A program made the position numbers and the translations under genes. Under the pieces are notes generated by a model. It was not told the origin of the DNA. It did not search any database and saw only the letters and a list, made by a program, of their open reading frames with translations. Below are positions 48,688-58,705 of a stretch of 64,000 bases of DNA, piece after piece (position 1 is the first letter of the stretch; each line of letters starts with the position of its first letter). This stretch comes from Alphaproteobacteria bacterium. GTDB lineage: Bacteria > Pseudomonadota > Alphaproteobacteria > Bin95. The stretch spans positions 2,016,001 to 2,080,000 of the forward strand of contig CBDBGH010000003.1 of assembly GCA_965205265.1 (NCBI GenBank), written 5' to 3'.

Positions 48688-50251
48688 GGTCCTGACGGAG
48701 CGCTTCGGCGCGCAATATCGCTGGTGGGCGAGCGGCACGGCGCTGATCGCCATGATCGCCATGGTGCTTTCGTCGACGAGCGTCACCGTGGCCGTACCGC
48801 ACATCATGGGCGCGTTCGGCGTCGGGCAGGACCGGGCGCAATGGGTCGCGACCGGCTATTTCGCCGCCATGACGGCCGGCATGCTGCTCAATGCCTGGCT
48901 CGTCCGCCATTTCGGCGCGCGCATCGTGCTGACCGCAACCCTCGCCGCCTTCACCGTTGCGTCCTTTGCAGGCGCAGCGGCGCCCAGCCTCGATGTCGTC
49001 ATCCTCTCGCGCGTCGTGCAGGGCGCCTGCGGCGGGCTGCTGCAACCGCTTTCCATGCAGATCCTGTTCCGCGTGTTCCCGCCGGACCGGCGCGGCACGG
49101 CAATGGGGCTGTTCGGCCTGGGCGTGGTGCTGGCGCCGGCGTTCGGCCCCGCGCTCGGCGGGCTCGCCATTGACGGCTTCGACTGGCGCTGGGTTTTCCT
49201 GATCCCGCTTCCGGGCGTGGCGGCGGCCCTGCCCCTCGGCCTCCTCTTCATGCCCGAGCGCGAAGACGCCGGGCCGCGCGCCGCTTTCGACTGGCCGGGT
49301 TTCGCGCTGCTGGTCACGGCAATCGTGGCGCTGCTCGACGGGCTTGCGAGCGGCCAGCGCATCGGGTGGCACTCGGACCGCATCGTGTTCGAGCTCGCCC
49401 TGGGCGCGGCCGCCACGGCAGGCTTCATATTCCGCCAGCTGACCGCGCGCGCCCCGCTGCTCGACCTCTCGCTGTTCCGCAACGGGCGCTTCGCCTCGGC
49501 TTTCGCGGTCGGCTTCATCTTCGGCTTCAGCATGTTCGGCTCGATCTACCTCATCGCCGTCTTCGTGCAGGAAGTGCAGGGCTACACGGCGACGCGGGCG
49601 GGGCTGCTGATGGTGCCGGCGGGCCTGTTGATGGCCGTCATGTTCCCGGTCGCCGGGCGGATCAGCGACATGGTGCCGGCGCACTGGCCGATCATGGCGG
49701 GGCTCGCGGTATTCGGGGCGGGCTTCCTGCTCATGTCCACGGCCGATGCCGACACGCCCTTCTGGACCTTCGCGCTCTTCATCATGATCAACCGGTTCGG
49801 GCTCTCCTTCGTCATTCCCTCGCTCAACACCGGCTCGCTGAGGGCGCTGCGCCCGGACCAGGTGCAGCAGGGCTCGGGCCTCGTGAACTTCACCCGCATG
49901 CTGGGCGGCGCCTGCGGCATCAACCTGCTGGTGGTTCTGCTGGAAATGCGCACCGGCGTCTTCGCCGAGGCCTTCACCGCGACGCAGACCGCCGCCAACG
50001 CCGCCAGCATGGCGATGCTGGAGGGCATCGGCCGGCTGGCGGCGGCCGGCGGCCTCGGGCCCGGAGAGGCGAGCGCAGCGGCGGAACGCTATCTCGGCGA
50101 GGTCATGCTGGCGCAGGCCGAGGCGCAGGCCTTCCAGGATGTGTTCGTGGCCGTCGGCCTGCTTGCATTTGCCGCGCTGCTGCCGGCTTTCGTCATGGCG
50201 CGCGCCGGCTTGCAGGAACCGGCCGCATCGGCGAGGCTGCAATCGGCATGA
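48668..50251 (+). CDS. EmrB/QacA (DHA2) MFS efflux permease
   Basis: QWVATGY, RVVQG, LAPAFGPALGG, PLLDLSLF. Confidence 0.9.
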   Translation: MTSETVEVLTERFGAQYRWWASGTALIAMIAMVLSSTSVTVAVPHIMGAFGVGQDRAQWVATGYFAAMTAGMLLNAWLVRHFGARIVLTATLAAFTVASFAGAAAPSLDVVILSRVVQGACGGLLQPLSMQILFRVFPPDRRGTAMGLFGLGVVLAPAFGPALGGLAIDGFDWRWVFLIPLPGVAAALPLGLLFMPEREDAGPRAAFDWPGFALLVTAIVALLDGLASGQRIGWHSDRIVFELALGAAATAGFIFRQLTARAPLLDLSLFRNGRFASAFAVGFIFGFSMFGSIYLIAVFVQEVQGYTATRAGLLMVPAGLLMAVMFPVAGRISDMVPAHWPIMAGLAVFGAGFLLMSTADADTPFWTFALFIMINRFGLSFVIPSLNTGSLRALRPDQVQQGSGLVNFTRMLGGACGINLLVVLLEMRTGVFAEAFTATQTAANAASMAMLEGIGRLAAAGGLGPGEASAAAERYLGEVMLAQAEAQAFQDVFVAVGLLAFAALLPAFVMARAGLQEPAASARLQSA

Positions 50252-50832
50252 CCGACCGTCTCGTCATCGGCATCAGCGGCGCCTCGGGCGTCGTTTACGG
50301 CGTCCGCCTGCTGGAGCTGCTGGCGGAGGCGCCCGTCGAAACGCATCTGGTGATGACCCCGTCCGCAGAGGTCACGCTCGCGCATGAAACCGACCGCAAG
50401 GCGGCGGATGTAAAGGCGCTCGCCGACCGGGTTTACAACCCGCGCGACATTGCGGGCGCCATAGCCTCCGGCTCCTTCCGCACGCGCGGCATGGCGGTTG
50501 CGCCCTGCTCGGTCCGCTCGCTCTCGGAGATCGCCTGGGGCACGACGACCAACCTGCTCACCCGCGCCGCCGACGTGACGCTCAAGGAACGCCGCCGGCT
50601 GGTGCTGCTCGTGCGCGAGACGCCGCTGCATACCGGCCATTTGCGCGCCATGGCGGCGGCGAGCGAGAACGGCGCCGTGGTGATGCCGCCGGTCCCGGCC
50701 TTCTATGCCCGCCCGCAGAGCCTGGACGAGATGATCGACCACACGCTCGGCCGCGCGCTGGACCTGTTCGACATCGACCTCGGCACCGTCCGCCGCTGGC
50801 GCGAGCCGGCTTCCGGCTCCTCAGACGCTTAG
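50248..50832 (+). CDS. ubiX: Flavin prenyltransferase
   Basis: GISGASG, ASGSF, PCS, RAADVTLKERR, RETPL, PAFY. Confidence 0.93.
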   Translation: MTDRLVIGISGASGVVYGVRLLELLAEAPVETHLVMTPSAEVTLAHETDRKAADVKALADRVYNPRDIAGAIASGSFRTRGMAVAPCSVRSLSEIAWGTTTNLLTRAADVTLKERRRLVLLVRETPLHTGHLRAMAAASENGAVVMPPVPAFYARPQSLDEMIDHTLGRALDLFDIDLGTVRRWREPASGSSDA

Positions 50833-51648
50833 CACCATGCCTTCCCGCGCGGCCTGCGTGCCCGGCCGGCCTTCGGCCGCTTCCGCGGCAAGCCGGTCCA
50901 TCGCCTCGTCGCCGCGGCGCGGATCGTGGTGGAACAGCACCAGCCTGTCCGCCCCCGCCGCCTCGCAGAGCCTTGCGCCCTCGTTCCAGGTCGAATGCCC
51001 CCAATGCGGATGGCGCGCGAACTCCTCCTCGGTGAACATCGCATCGTAGATGACGACATCCGCGCCTTCGATGAGACCGAGGATGTCCCGATTGGGCGCG
51101 CCGGGCCTGTGGCCGGTATCGCAGACATAACAGACGGACCGGCCCTCGAAGTCCACCCGGTAGCCTGTGGCGCCGCCCGGATGGTCGAGCGGCGCGGTGC
51201 GCACATGCACGCCGCCCGCAAGCGCGAAATCCTCCCCGGCGCGGAAGTCGATGCAGCGCAGCTCGGCCGCAAAGCCCTCCAGCGGCACCGGGAACAGCTC
51301 GGGCGAGAGCATCCGCTCCAGAACGGGGCGCAGGCCGCCGCGCCCGGCCAGATGGCCGGCGCGGAGCGCAATGCGGTTGCGCGCGTCGAAGAGCGGGGCG
51401 AAGAAGGGCAGGCCGACCACATGGTCGAGATGCGTGTGGCTCAGCAATATGTCGGCGTCGAGAGGCGCTTCGCCCGCGAGCGCCGCGCCCAGCCCCCGAA
51501 GCCCGGTCCCCGCATCGATAACGATGAGCCGGTCCCCGCAGCGCAGCTCGATGCAGGATGTATTGCCGCCGTAACCTGCCGTTGCCGGCCCCGGACAGGC
51601 GATGCTGCCGCGCACGCCGCGGAAGCGGACTTCGAAGGAGCCGGACAA
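50821..51648 (-). CDS. MBL-fold metallo-hydrolase
   Basis: GVRGS, YGGNTSC, SHTHLDH, WGHS, FHHDP. Confidence 0.9.
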   Translation of the reverse strand: MSGSFEVRFRGVRGSIACPGPATAGYGGNTSCIELRCGDRLIVIDAGTGLRGLGAALAGEAPLDADILLSHTHLDHVVGLPFFAPLFDARNRIALRAGHLAGRGGLRPVLERMLSPELFPVPLEGFAAELRCIDFRAGEDFALAGGVHVRTAPLDHPGGATGYRVDFEGRSVCYVCDTGHRPGAPNRDILGLIEGADVVIYDAMFTEEEFARHPHWGHSTWNEGARLCEAAGADRLVLFHHDPRRGDEAMDRLAAEAAEGRPGTQAAREGMVLSV

Positions 51649-51649
51649 G

Positions 51650-52333
51650 TCAGGACGCCAGCCGGTATCCGCCGGGCTCCGTCACCAGGAGCCGCGTGTG
51701 GGGCGGATCGCGCTCGATCTTCTGCCTCAGGCGGTAGATATGCGTTTCGAGCGTGTGCGTGGTTATGCCCGGCCGATAGCCCCAGACCTCCCGCAGCAGC
51801 GTCTCCCGGCTGACGGTCGCCCCGCCGGCGCGGTACAGATATTGCAGGATGGCCGTCTCCTTCTCGGTCAGGCGCACCGTCCTGCCGTCCTCTCCGTTGA
51901 GGAGCTGCTTGTACGCGGGCCGGAACTTGTAGCCGCCGATATCGAGGGCGGCGTCGTGGCTCCGCTCGTGCTGGCGCAGATGCGCCCGGAGCCGCGCCAG
52001 CAGCACCTCGAACCGGAACGGCTTGGAGACATAGTCGTTCGCACCCGCATCGAAGCCGCGAACCGTGTCTTCGTCCGTATCCACCCCGGTCAGCATGACG
52101 ATGGGAACCTTCACCCCCCGGCTCCGCATCGTCCGGCACAACTCGCGGCCGTCCATGTCCGGCAGGCCGACATCGAGGATCACGGCGTCGAATTGCCTCG
52201 ATTCCAACGCCTCCACCGCCTCTTCGGCGGTGCCGGCCTCGCCGGTATCGAATTCCTCGTGCAGCCGCAACTGCTCGGCGAGCACGCTGCGCAGCGTTTC
52301 GTCGTCGTCCACGAGCAGAATCGTCCGCGCCAT
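51650..52333 (-). CDS. OmpR-family response regulator
   Basis: LVDDD, LDVGLPD, KPF, LTEKE, THTLETHIYRLRQK. Confidence 0.92.
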   Translation of the reverse strand: MARTILLVDDDETLRSVLAEQLRLHEEFDTGEAGTAEEAVEALESRQFDAVILDVGLPDMDGRELCRTMRSRGVKVPIVMLTGVDTDEDTVRGFDAGANDYVSKPFRFEVLLARLRAHLRQHERSHDAALDIGGYKFRPAYKQLLNGEDGRTVRLTEKETAILQYLYRAGGATVSRETLLREVWGYRPGITTHTLETHIYRLRQKIERDPPHTRLLVTEPGGYRLAS

Positions 52334-52410
52334 CCGGTCGGTCTCCGGGAGCGAGAGTCCAAGCGGACGCTACCATAACTCCGGCGCCGGCGCGATTCCG
52401 GCGCGGACTC

Positions 52411-53091
52411 TCAGCCCCGGGCCCCGAAAACGGCGCTGCCCACCCGGACATGCGTCGCGCCGAAGCGGATCGCGGTCTCGAAATCGGCGCTCATGCCCAT
52501 CGACAGCCCGGCCAGCCCGTGGCGCCGGGCGGCCTCGCGCAGGAAGGCGAAATGCGGGCCCGGCAGGTCCTCGGCCGGCGGAATGCACATCAGCCCGACC
52601 ACATTGAGACCGTATTCCGCCCGGCACCGGTCGAGAAAGCCGCCCAGCGCGGCCGGCGCCACGCCGCCCTTTTGCGGTTCGTCGCCGGTATTGACCTGCA
52701 CGAAGCACGGCAGCGTCCTGCCCGTCCGCTCGAACTCCCGCGCCAGCGCCGCGGCCAGACGGGGCCTGTCCACCGTTTCGATAACATCGAAGAGCCGCAC
52801 GGCGGCCCGGACCTTGTTGGTCTGCAAGCCGCCGATCAGGTGCAGCGCGATGTCGGGAAACCGTTCCCTGAACGCCGGCCAGCGCGCCTCGGCTTCCTGT
52901 ACGCGGTTCTCGCCGAAGAGCCGGTGACCGGCTTCCAGCGCGCCCTCGATCCTCCCTTCCGGCTGCAGCTTCGACACAGCCACCAGCCGGACGGAGGAGG
53001 CATCGCGCCCGGCAGCCTCCGCGGCTGCCCGGATGCGGTCCGTCACTGCCGCCAGGCGCCCGGCGGCCTCCCGATTTTCCGGACGTTCCAT
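52411..53091 (-). CDS. yggS: PLP homeostasis protein
   Basis: VAVSK, FGENRVQE, IGGLQTNK, LSMGMSAD, VRVGSAVFG. Confidence 0.93.
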   Translation of the reverse strand: MERPENREAAGRLAAVTDRIRAAAEAAGRDASSVRLVAVSKLQPEGRIEGALEAGHRLFGENRVQEAEARWPAFRERFPDIALHLIGGLQTNKVRAAVRLFDVIETVDRPRLAAALAREFERTGRTLPCFVQVNTGDEPQKGGVAPAALGGFLDRCRAEYGLNVVGLMCIPPAEDLPGPHFAFLREAARRHGLAGLSMGMSADFETAIRFGATHVRVGSAVFGARG

Positions 53092-53272
53092 CCCGGAACG
53101 CTACCAGAGCACGCGGTCCGGGTTAAGCCGCGCCGGGGCGGACCGGTTCCGCTTTCGTGAAACCGCAATACCAGGGCGCTCTCCCGCCAGGGCAATCGCT
53201 TTTGAAGATTTGCGAGCAGGGCGCATGGGACGGACCGGGGCCCGGCGTCCCCGCCTCCTTCCCATCCCTCTT

Positions 53273-53319
53273 CCCGTCATGCCCTGAGCCGGTCGAAGGG
53301 GCCGTTCGGGCATGACGGG
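53273..53319. repeat. CGTC-type palindromic repeat
   Basis: CCCGTCATGCCC...GGGCATGACGGG stem; same arms as the other REPs, different loop. Confidence 0.75.
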
Positions 53320-53776
53320 GGTGTTCACGCATGACAAATCCGAAAGCGATTGCCTTGGCCCTCCCGCCCGACAGGCCGCCGGCGCGTCGTCCGGAGTGGC
53401 GGCAAGGTCATGCAGAGTGCGGCGAGAGAAGCGAATTGTTCCTATATTCGAGTAATATTTCTCTATATGACTTGCATTTTCAGAAAATGTGCTATGATGG
53501 TCCGAGGGAGTGGAGTCCGCGCGGACCGCTTCCCGCCCGCGCCGGCCCGGTGCGGAACGACCCCGATTCAGCCGACAGGCGAAGTGCGTCCTGTGCCCGC
53601 CTCGCGCGCGGGCAATCAGGCGCGCGAACCGCGCCGCCGCGAAACGCGCCCGCCCGCGCACAGGCGCCCGCGCAGGATGACGCGCGAATAAGGGTCGCTC
53701 CGGTGCCGGGACGGTCTGTCTGCAAACCCGCGCCTGCGTCCGCGCCGGACGCAAGCCGAACCGAGGAGCCGCACCC

Positions 53777-54700
53777 ATGCCCGTGCTCGACCCGACCCTC
53801 TCCCTCTCCTCCCGCCAGGAAGCCTTCTGCCGCCACTACACAGCCTCCGGCAATGCCGCAGACGCCGCAAGGCGCGCCGGCTATGCCGAACGCTCCGCAA
53901 GGCAGACCGGCTCCGCCCTGCTGGAACGCCCCTGGATCGTCGAGCGGGTGCGGCGCATCCGCATGTCGTGGCGGCGCACCGAGAGGGACGAGGCGCAGAT
54001 CGTGCTCGCCCGCCTGGAGCAGGCCTGGGATGCGGCGGTGGCGAGCGGCTCTGCCTACATGATGGTCCGGATCGTCCGCTTCCAGGCGGAGATTGCGGGG
54101 CTGACGCAGCCGGCCAACCGGGCGGCGCTCTGGTCGATGCCGGAGGAGGACGAGTTCGGGGAGATCGAGGCCGGCGAGGCGCAGGAGGCCGGCACCGTGC
54201 CGGGACCCCTCGCCGAAGCCGTGCGCCACGGCCGTGCCCGCGCCGAACGCGCCCTTGCCCGCCATTGCGGGAACAGGGAGGCGATGGAGGCAGGGGAAGG
54301 CTTCGACGGGGCCGCCCATGCGCAGGTTGCCGCAAGGCTCATGGCGGCCGTCGAGGAGCGCGAGAGCCTGCCCGTCTGCTTCGACCCGCCGCCGCCCCCG
54401 GCAAACGACCTTCCCCTCGCTGACGACCCGCCCGAAGACACCTACGACCCCGAGCGGTTCCCCGGCGAGTGGGCCGACGGCGACCGCCCGGGCGAGGAGG
54501 AACGCGCCGAGGGCGCGGAAACCGACTGGCTCTACCAGCGCCGCAACGACTATGCCGAGATCCACGACCCCTGGTCGCCGGAGAACATCGAACGCCGCCA
54601 GGCCGACAGCCTCAACCGGCTCGAGAATGGGCCGCCCCCTTCGACCCGCCCGACAATGCCGGTTTCGCTCCCGACCATGACATTTCATGACATCCCATGA
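53777..54700 (+). CDS. Terminase small subunit-like HTH protein with an acidic/Pro-rich tail (orphan)
   Basis: LSSRQEAFCRHY...GNAADAARRAGYAERSA...LL resembles the TerS N-terminal HTH; GAGGAG RBS upstream. Confidence 0.7.
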   Translation: MPVLDPTLSLSSRQEAFCRHYTASGNAADAARRAGYAERSARQTGSALLERPWIVERVRRIRMSWRRTERDEAQIVLARLEQAWDAAVASGSAYMMVRIVRFQAEIAGLTQPANRAALWSMPEEDEFGEIEAGEAQEAGTVPGPLAEAVRHGRARAERALARHCGNREAMEAGEGFDGAAHAQVAARLMAAVEERESLPVCFDPPPPPANDLPLADDPPEDTYDPERFPGEWADGDRPGEEERAEGAETDWLYQRRNDYAEIHDPWSPENIERRQADSLNRLENGPPPSTRPTMPVSLPTMTFHDIP

Positions 54701-54779
54701 CACGCAGAGGGTCGTCCCCGCCCGTCCCGACCTTGCCGGGACGACGCAAAAGGGCCAATTGGGCGGACCGCCTGTGTGC

Positions 54780-55592
54780 ATGGACCGCCGGAAAACGCCG
54801 CCTTTGCCGTTCTTGCCCGCCCGCCGCCGCCCGATCGGGCTCGCCGCCGCCCTCGCCTTCGGCCTGGGGCTCGCCGCGCCCGGCTTCGGCGCGGACAGGA
54901 TTACGGTGTTCGCCGCGGCCAGCCTGAAGAACGCGATGGACGAGATTGCCGCCGGCTTCGCGCGCGAGACCGGCCATGCCGCAACCGTCTCGCTCGCGGG
55001 CTCGTCCGCGCTTGCCCGCCAGATCCGGCACGGCGCGCCTGCGGACATCTTCATCTCAGCCAATCCGGACTGGATGGATGCGCTCAAGCGGGAGGGCCTC
55101 ATCGATCCGGCGAGCCGTTTCGACCTCCTGACCAACAGCCTCGTGCTGGCGGCGCACGGGCGGCGTGCGCCGCCGGTCCGGATCGCGCCCGGTCTCGACC
55201 TTGCCGCCATGCTTGGCGACGGCCGCCTCGCCATGACGCTTGTCGATGCGGTACCCGCCGGCATTTACGGCAAGGCGGCGCTCGAATGGCTGGGCGCCTG
55301 GGAGGCCGCGGCGCCGCGGGTCGCGCAGGCGGACAATGTGCGCGCCGCGCTGGCGCTGGTCTCCTCCGGCGAGGCGCCGCTCGGCATCGTCTATGCGACC
55401 GATGCGGCAGCGGACGACAATGTGACGGTCATCGGCACCTTCCCCGCAGGCGCGCATCCGCCCATCGTCTATCCCGCCGCTGCGGTCGCCGCGAGCCGCA
55501 ACCCGCACAATTCGCGCTTCCTCGCCTGGCTCCGGGGCCCGGCGGCGAGGAAAGCGTTCGAGCGGCAAGGCTTTGTCACCGCCTTCGAGTAG
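54780..55592 (+). CDS. modA: Molybdate ABC substrate-binding protein
   Basis: VFAAASL, GSSALARQI..GAPAD.FISA, VPAGIY, NVRAAL, VYATDA. Confidence 0.93.
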   Translation: MDRRKTPPLPFLPARRRPIGLAAALAFGLGLAAPGFGADRITVFAAASLKNAMDEIAAGFARETGHAATVSLAGSSALARQIRHGAPADIFISANPDWMDALKREGLIDPASRFDLLTNSLVLAAHGRRAPPVRIAPGLDLAAMLGDGRLAMTLVDAVPAGIYGKAALEWLGAWEAAAPRVAQADNVRAALALVSSGEAPLGIVYATDAAADDNVTVIGTFPAGAHPPIVYPAAAVAASRNPHNSRFLAWLRGPAARKAFERQGFVTAFE

Positions 55593-55601
55593 AATTGCGG
55601 C

Positions 55602-56294
55602 ATGGACTGGCTGAGCCCCGAGGAATGGCAGGCGGTCGCGCTGTCGCTCCGCGTCGCGTTCTGGGCAACGCTCGCGAGCCTGCCGCTCGGCGTGCTGACC
55701 GCCTATGCGCTCGCCCGCTGGCGCTTTCCGGGCCGGCAGCTCCTGAACGGGCTGGTGCATCTGCCGCTCATCCTGCCCCCGGTGGCGACGGGCTACCTGC
55801 TGCTGCTGGCGTTCGGGACGCGCGGCCCCCTCGGCGGTCTTCTCCAGGAGGCAGGCATCGTCTTCGCCTTCCGCTGGACGGGCGCGGCGCTGGCAGCGGC
55901 GGTCATGGCGTTCCCGCTCATGGTCCGCGCCATCCGCCTTTCCATCGAGGCGGTGGACCCGAAACTCGAACAGGCGAGTGCGACGCTCGGCGCCTCCGGC
56001 CCCTGGGTCTTCGCGACCGTGACCCTGCCGCTGGTGCTGCCGGGTATCGTCGCAGGCGCGATTCTCGCCTTCGCCAAGGCAATGGGCGAGTTCGGCGCGA
56101 CGATCACTTTCGTCTCGAACATTCCCGGCCAGACGCAGACCCTGCCGACGGCGATCTACGCCTTCCTCCAGGTGCCGGGCGGCGAGGCGTCCGCGCTCCG
56201 CCTTGTCGTCATCGCCGTCGCGGTCTCCATGGCCGCGCTGCTGCTGTCGGAGCTCGTTGCGCGGCGCGTGGCGAAAAGGGTGGCCGGCGCATGA
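55602..56294 (+). CDS. modB: Molybdate ABC permease
   Basis: LPLILPPV, FRWTGA, GEFGATI, IPGQTQT. Confidence 0.93.
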   Translation: MDWLSPEEWQAVALSLRVAFWATLASLPLGVLTAYALARWRFPGRQLLNGLVHLPLILPPVATGYLLLLAFGTRGPLGGLLQEAGIVFAFRWTGAALAAAVMAFPLMVRAIRLSIEAVDPKLEQASATLGASGPWVFATVTLPLVLPGIVAGAILAFAKAMGEFGATITFVSNIPGQTQTLPTAIYAFLQVPGGEASALRLVVIAVAVSMAALLLSELVARRVAKRVAGA

Positions 56295-57376
56295 CACTCT
56301 CCGTCGCCATCCGCCACGCCTTCCCCGGCTTCGAGCTCGACATCGCCTTCGAGGCGCCGCCGGGCGTGACCGTGCTGTTCGGCCGCTCGGGCTCCGGCAA
56401 GACCACGACCGTCAATGCCGTTGCGGGGCTGCTGAGACCGGAGGCCGGGCGCGCGGTCGCGGACGGCTGGGTGCTGTTCGATACGGAGCGCGGCGCGTGG
56501 CTGCCGCCCCACCGCCGCCGGCTCGGCTACATCTTCCAGGAAGGGCGGCTCTTTCCGCATCTGACCGTGCGGCAGAACCTGCTCTACGGACGCTGGTTCG
56601 CGGCGAAGGGGGGGCCGGGCGAAGACATGGGGCGCATCGTCGAAATGCTCGGCATCGGGCATCTGCTGGGCCGCCGCCCCGGCGCGCTGTCGAGCGGGGA
56701 GAAGCAGCGGGTCGCCATCGGGCGCGCGCTGCTCGCGAGCCCCCGGCTCATCCTCGCCGACGAGCCGCTGGCCTCGCTGGACGAAGCCAGGAAGGCCGAA
56801 ATCCTGCCCTATTTCGAACGGCTGAGGGACGAGGTGTCGGTGCCCGTGCTCTATGTCAGCCACTCGGCGGCCGAGGTGGCGCGGCTTGCGACCACGGTGA
56901 TCGCGCTCCAGGACGGGCGCGTGCTGCGCCAGGGGCCGGCGGTCGAGGTGCTGGGCGATCCGACGGTCACGCCGCTCGGCGCGCGCGGCGCGGGCGCGGT
57001 GCTGGAAGCGGCGGTCCTGCGCCACCATGCCGACGGGCTGTCGGAAATCGAGGCGGGCGGCGTGCGCCTGTTCCTGCCGAGGGTGCCGCATGCGCCCGGC
57101 AGCCGGATCCGGGTCCGGATCGCGGCGCATGAGGTGCTGCTGTCCAGAAAGGAGCCGGAAGGCCTCTCGGCGCTGAACATCCTGCCGGGCACGGTCGAAT
57201 CGGTCCGGGCGGGCGAAGGGCCGGGCGCCATCGTCTCCGTCCGCACGGCCGCCGGCACGATCCTCTCCCGTTCGACCCGCCGTTCGACCGAGGCGCTGGG
57301 GCTGGCGGAGGGCATGTCCTGCCATGCCGTCATCAAGACCGTCGCCATCGCCCCGGAAGGCGTGGGCGGCGCCTGA
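56291..57376 (+). CDS. modC: Molybdate ABC ATPase
   Basis: GRSGSGKT, FQEGRLFPHL, DEPLASLD, C-terminal TOBE-like region (SALN). Confidence 0.93.
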   Translation: MTLSVAIRHAFPGFELDIAFEAPPGVTVLFGRSGSGKTTTVNAVAGLLRPEAGRAVADGWVLFDTERGAWLPPHRRRLGYIFQEGRLFPHLTVRQNLLYGRWFAAKGGPGEDMGRIVEMLGIGHLLGRRPGALSSGEKQRVAIGRALLASPRLILADEPLASLDEARKAEILPYFERLRDEVSVPVLYVSHSAAEVARLATTVIALQDGRVLRQGPAVEVLGDPTVTPLGARGAGAVLEAAVLRHHADGLSEIEAGGVRLFLPRVPHAPGSRIRVRIAAHEVLLSRKEPEGLSALNILPGTVESVRAGEGPGAIVSVRTAAGTILSRSTRRSTEALGLAEGMSCHAVIKTVAIAPEGVGGA

Positions 57377-57395
57377 GCCGCAGCGCTCCTGCGGA

Positions 57396-58535
57396 TTATC
57401 CGCCGCTATGCGTGGAACCGGGCCGATGCCTGCGCCGGATATAGACCCGCATTGCTTCCGCAGCCAGGCCCGTGAGCAGGCCCGCCAGCGCACCCAGGAA
57501 TACCGTCGCCAGTGCAGCCGCGGCGATGACGGGGCGGCAGTCCGGGCGGGCGTCGAGCAGTCTCGGACTCAGGATCAGGTCGGCCGCCGCATAGATCAGC
57601 AGCGCACCGACGACGGCCGGCGGAATCGTCATGAGCAGCCCGACGGTCTCGGGCCCCATCGCCACGACGGCGCCGCAGGAGGCCGCCATGATCAACGGCG
57701 CGCCCATGCCGCGCGCGCCGAACCTTCTGTGCGCGGCAATACCGCCGGCCCCGTGGCACATCGGCATGGCGCCCAGCGGCGCAAGCAGGAGATTCATCAG
57801 TCCGTTCGTGGCTGCGAGCCTCCGCTCGTTCACGCGCGCGGCCCGGTCGGGATAGAGCGAACGGGCGACCGCAGCGGCAACCACCACGGCGTTGAGCAGG
57901 GTGAGCGGCAGCTGCGCCAGCACGCCCGAAAGCACCGCATGGACGGTGTCGATGCCGCCGGCGGGAGACGCCGGGGGAACCGGCGGCCCGGCATGGGGAA
58001 CCAGAAGCACGGCGCCTATGACGACAAGCGGAACCCACGGGCCCCTCGGCAGGAGAAAGGCGAGCGAGAGCACGGCAAGCGAAGCCAGGGCCATAACCCA
58101 GTCATGGCTCAGCAGACCGAAGGCCACCGTTCCCAGCATCAGGCCGAGCCCCGCCTGGAGGCCCGTGACAACCGATTGCGGAATTGCGCGCGCAGCCCTC
58201 TCGAACGACGGTATGGCCGCGAGCAGCAGCAGGACCGCGCCGACGATGCCGCCTGCCCAGGCGGTTTCGACCGCGGTGAGGCCGCCCGCGATGATGACGG
58301 CGCCGAGAGCCTTCATCGGCTGGACGGATACGGGCATGCGATAGACGACGGCGACGAGGACATATCCGGCCGCAAAGCCGGCGAAGACCGGCGTCGGCGC
58401 CAGAATGCCCGCGCCCACCGCGGCCACGACATAAGGCAGGAAGGTGCCGAGATCGCCGAACGCGCCCGACAACTCCCCGCTGGCCGAGCGCAGGCGCTCC
58501 AGGCGCCCGGCGTCTTGTGCTCCGAATCCAGGCAT
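57396..58535 (-). CDS. MOT1-like molybdate/sulfate transporter
   Basis: GELSGAFGDLGT, PVSVQPMK, QLPLTLLN, MPMCHGAGG...FGAR. Confidence 0.85.
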   Translation of the reverse strand: MPGFGAQDAGRLERLRSASGELSGAFGDLGTFLPYVVAAVGAGILAPTPVFAGFAAGYVLVAVVYRMPVSVQPMKALGAVIIAGGLTAVETAWAGGIVGAVLLLLAAIPSFERAARAIPQSVVTGLQAGLGLMLGTVAFGLLSHDWVMALASLAVLSLAFLLPRGPWVPLVVIGAVLLVPHAGPPVPPASPAGGIDTVHAVLSGVLAQLPLTLLNAVVVAAAVARSLYPDRAARVNERRLAATNGLMNLLLAPLGAMPMCHGAGGIAAHRRFGARGMGAPLIMAASCGAVVAMGPETVGLLMTIPPAVVGALLIYAAADLILSPRLLDARPDCRPVIAAAALATVFLGALAGLLTGLAAEAMRVYIRRRHRPGSTHSGG

Positions 58536-58705
58536 TATCGTTATCTTGTTGTTTTTTGCGCCTGTCTTGCACCGAAGCCTACAGGCGCGGGACGCCCTGC
58601 GAAAGGCCGAGCGGACGCCATTGCGGAACCGGAAACTTCCTGCTGATTTTGTCGATTTAATGCTCTTTTTATGCAAATCTTCCGAATCGCGGAAGGAATT
58701 GCAGG

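Noticed and set aside
53777-54700. Prophage
   Set aside because: No other phage structural, replication or integrase genes are in the window.
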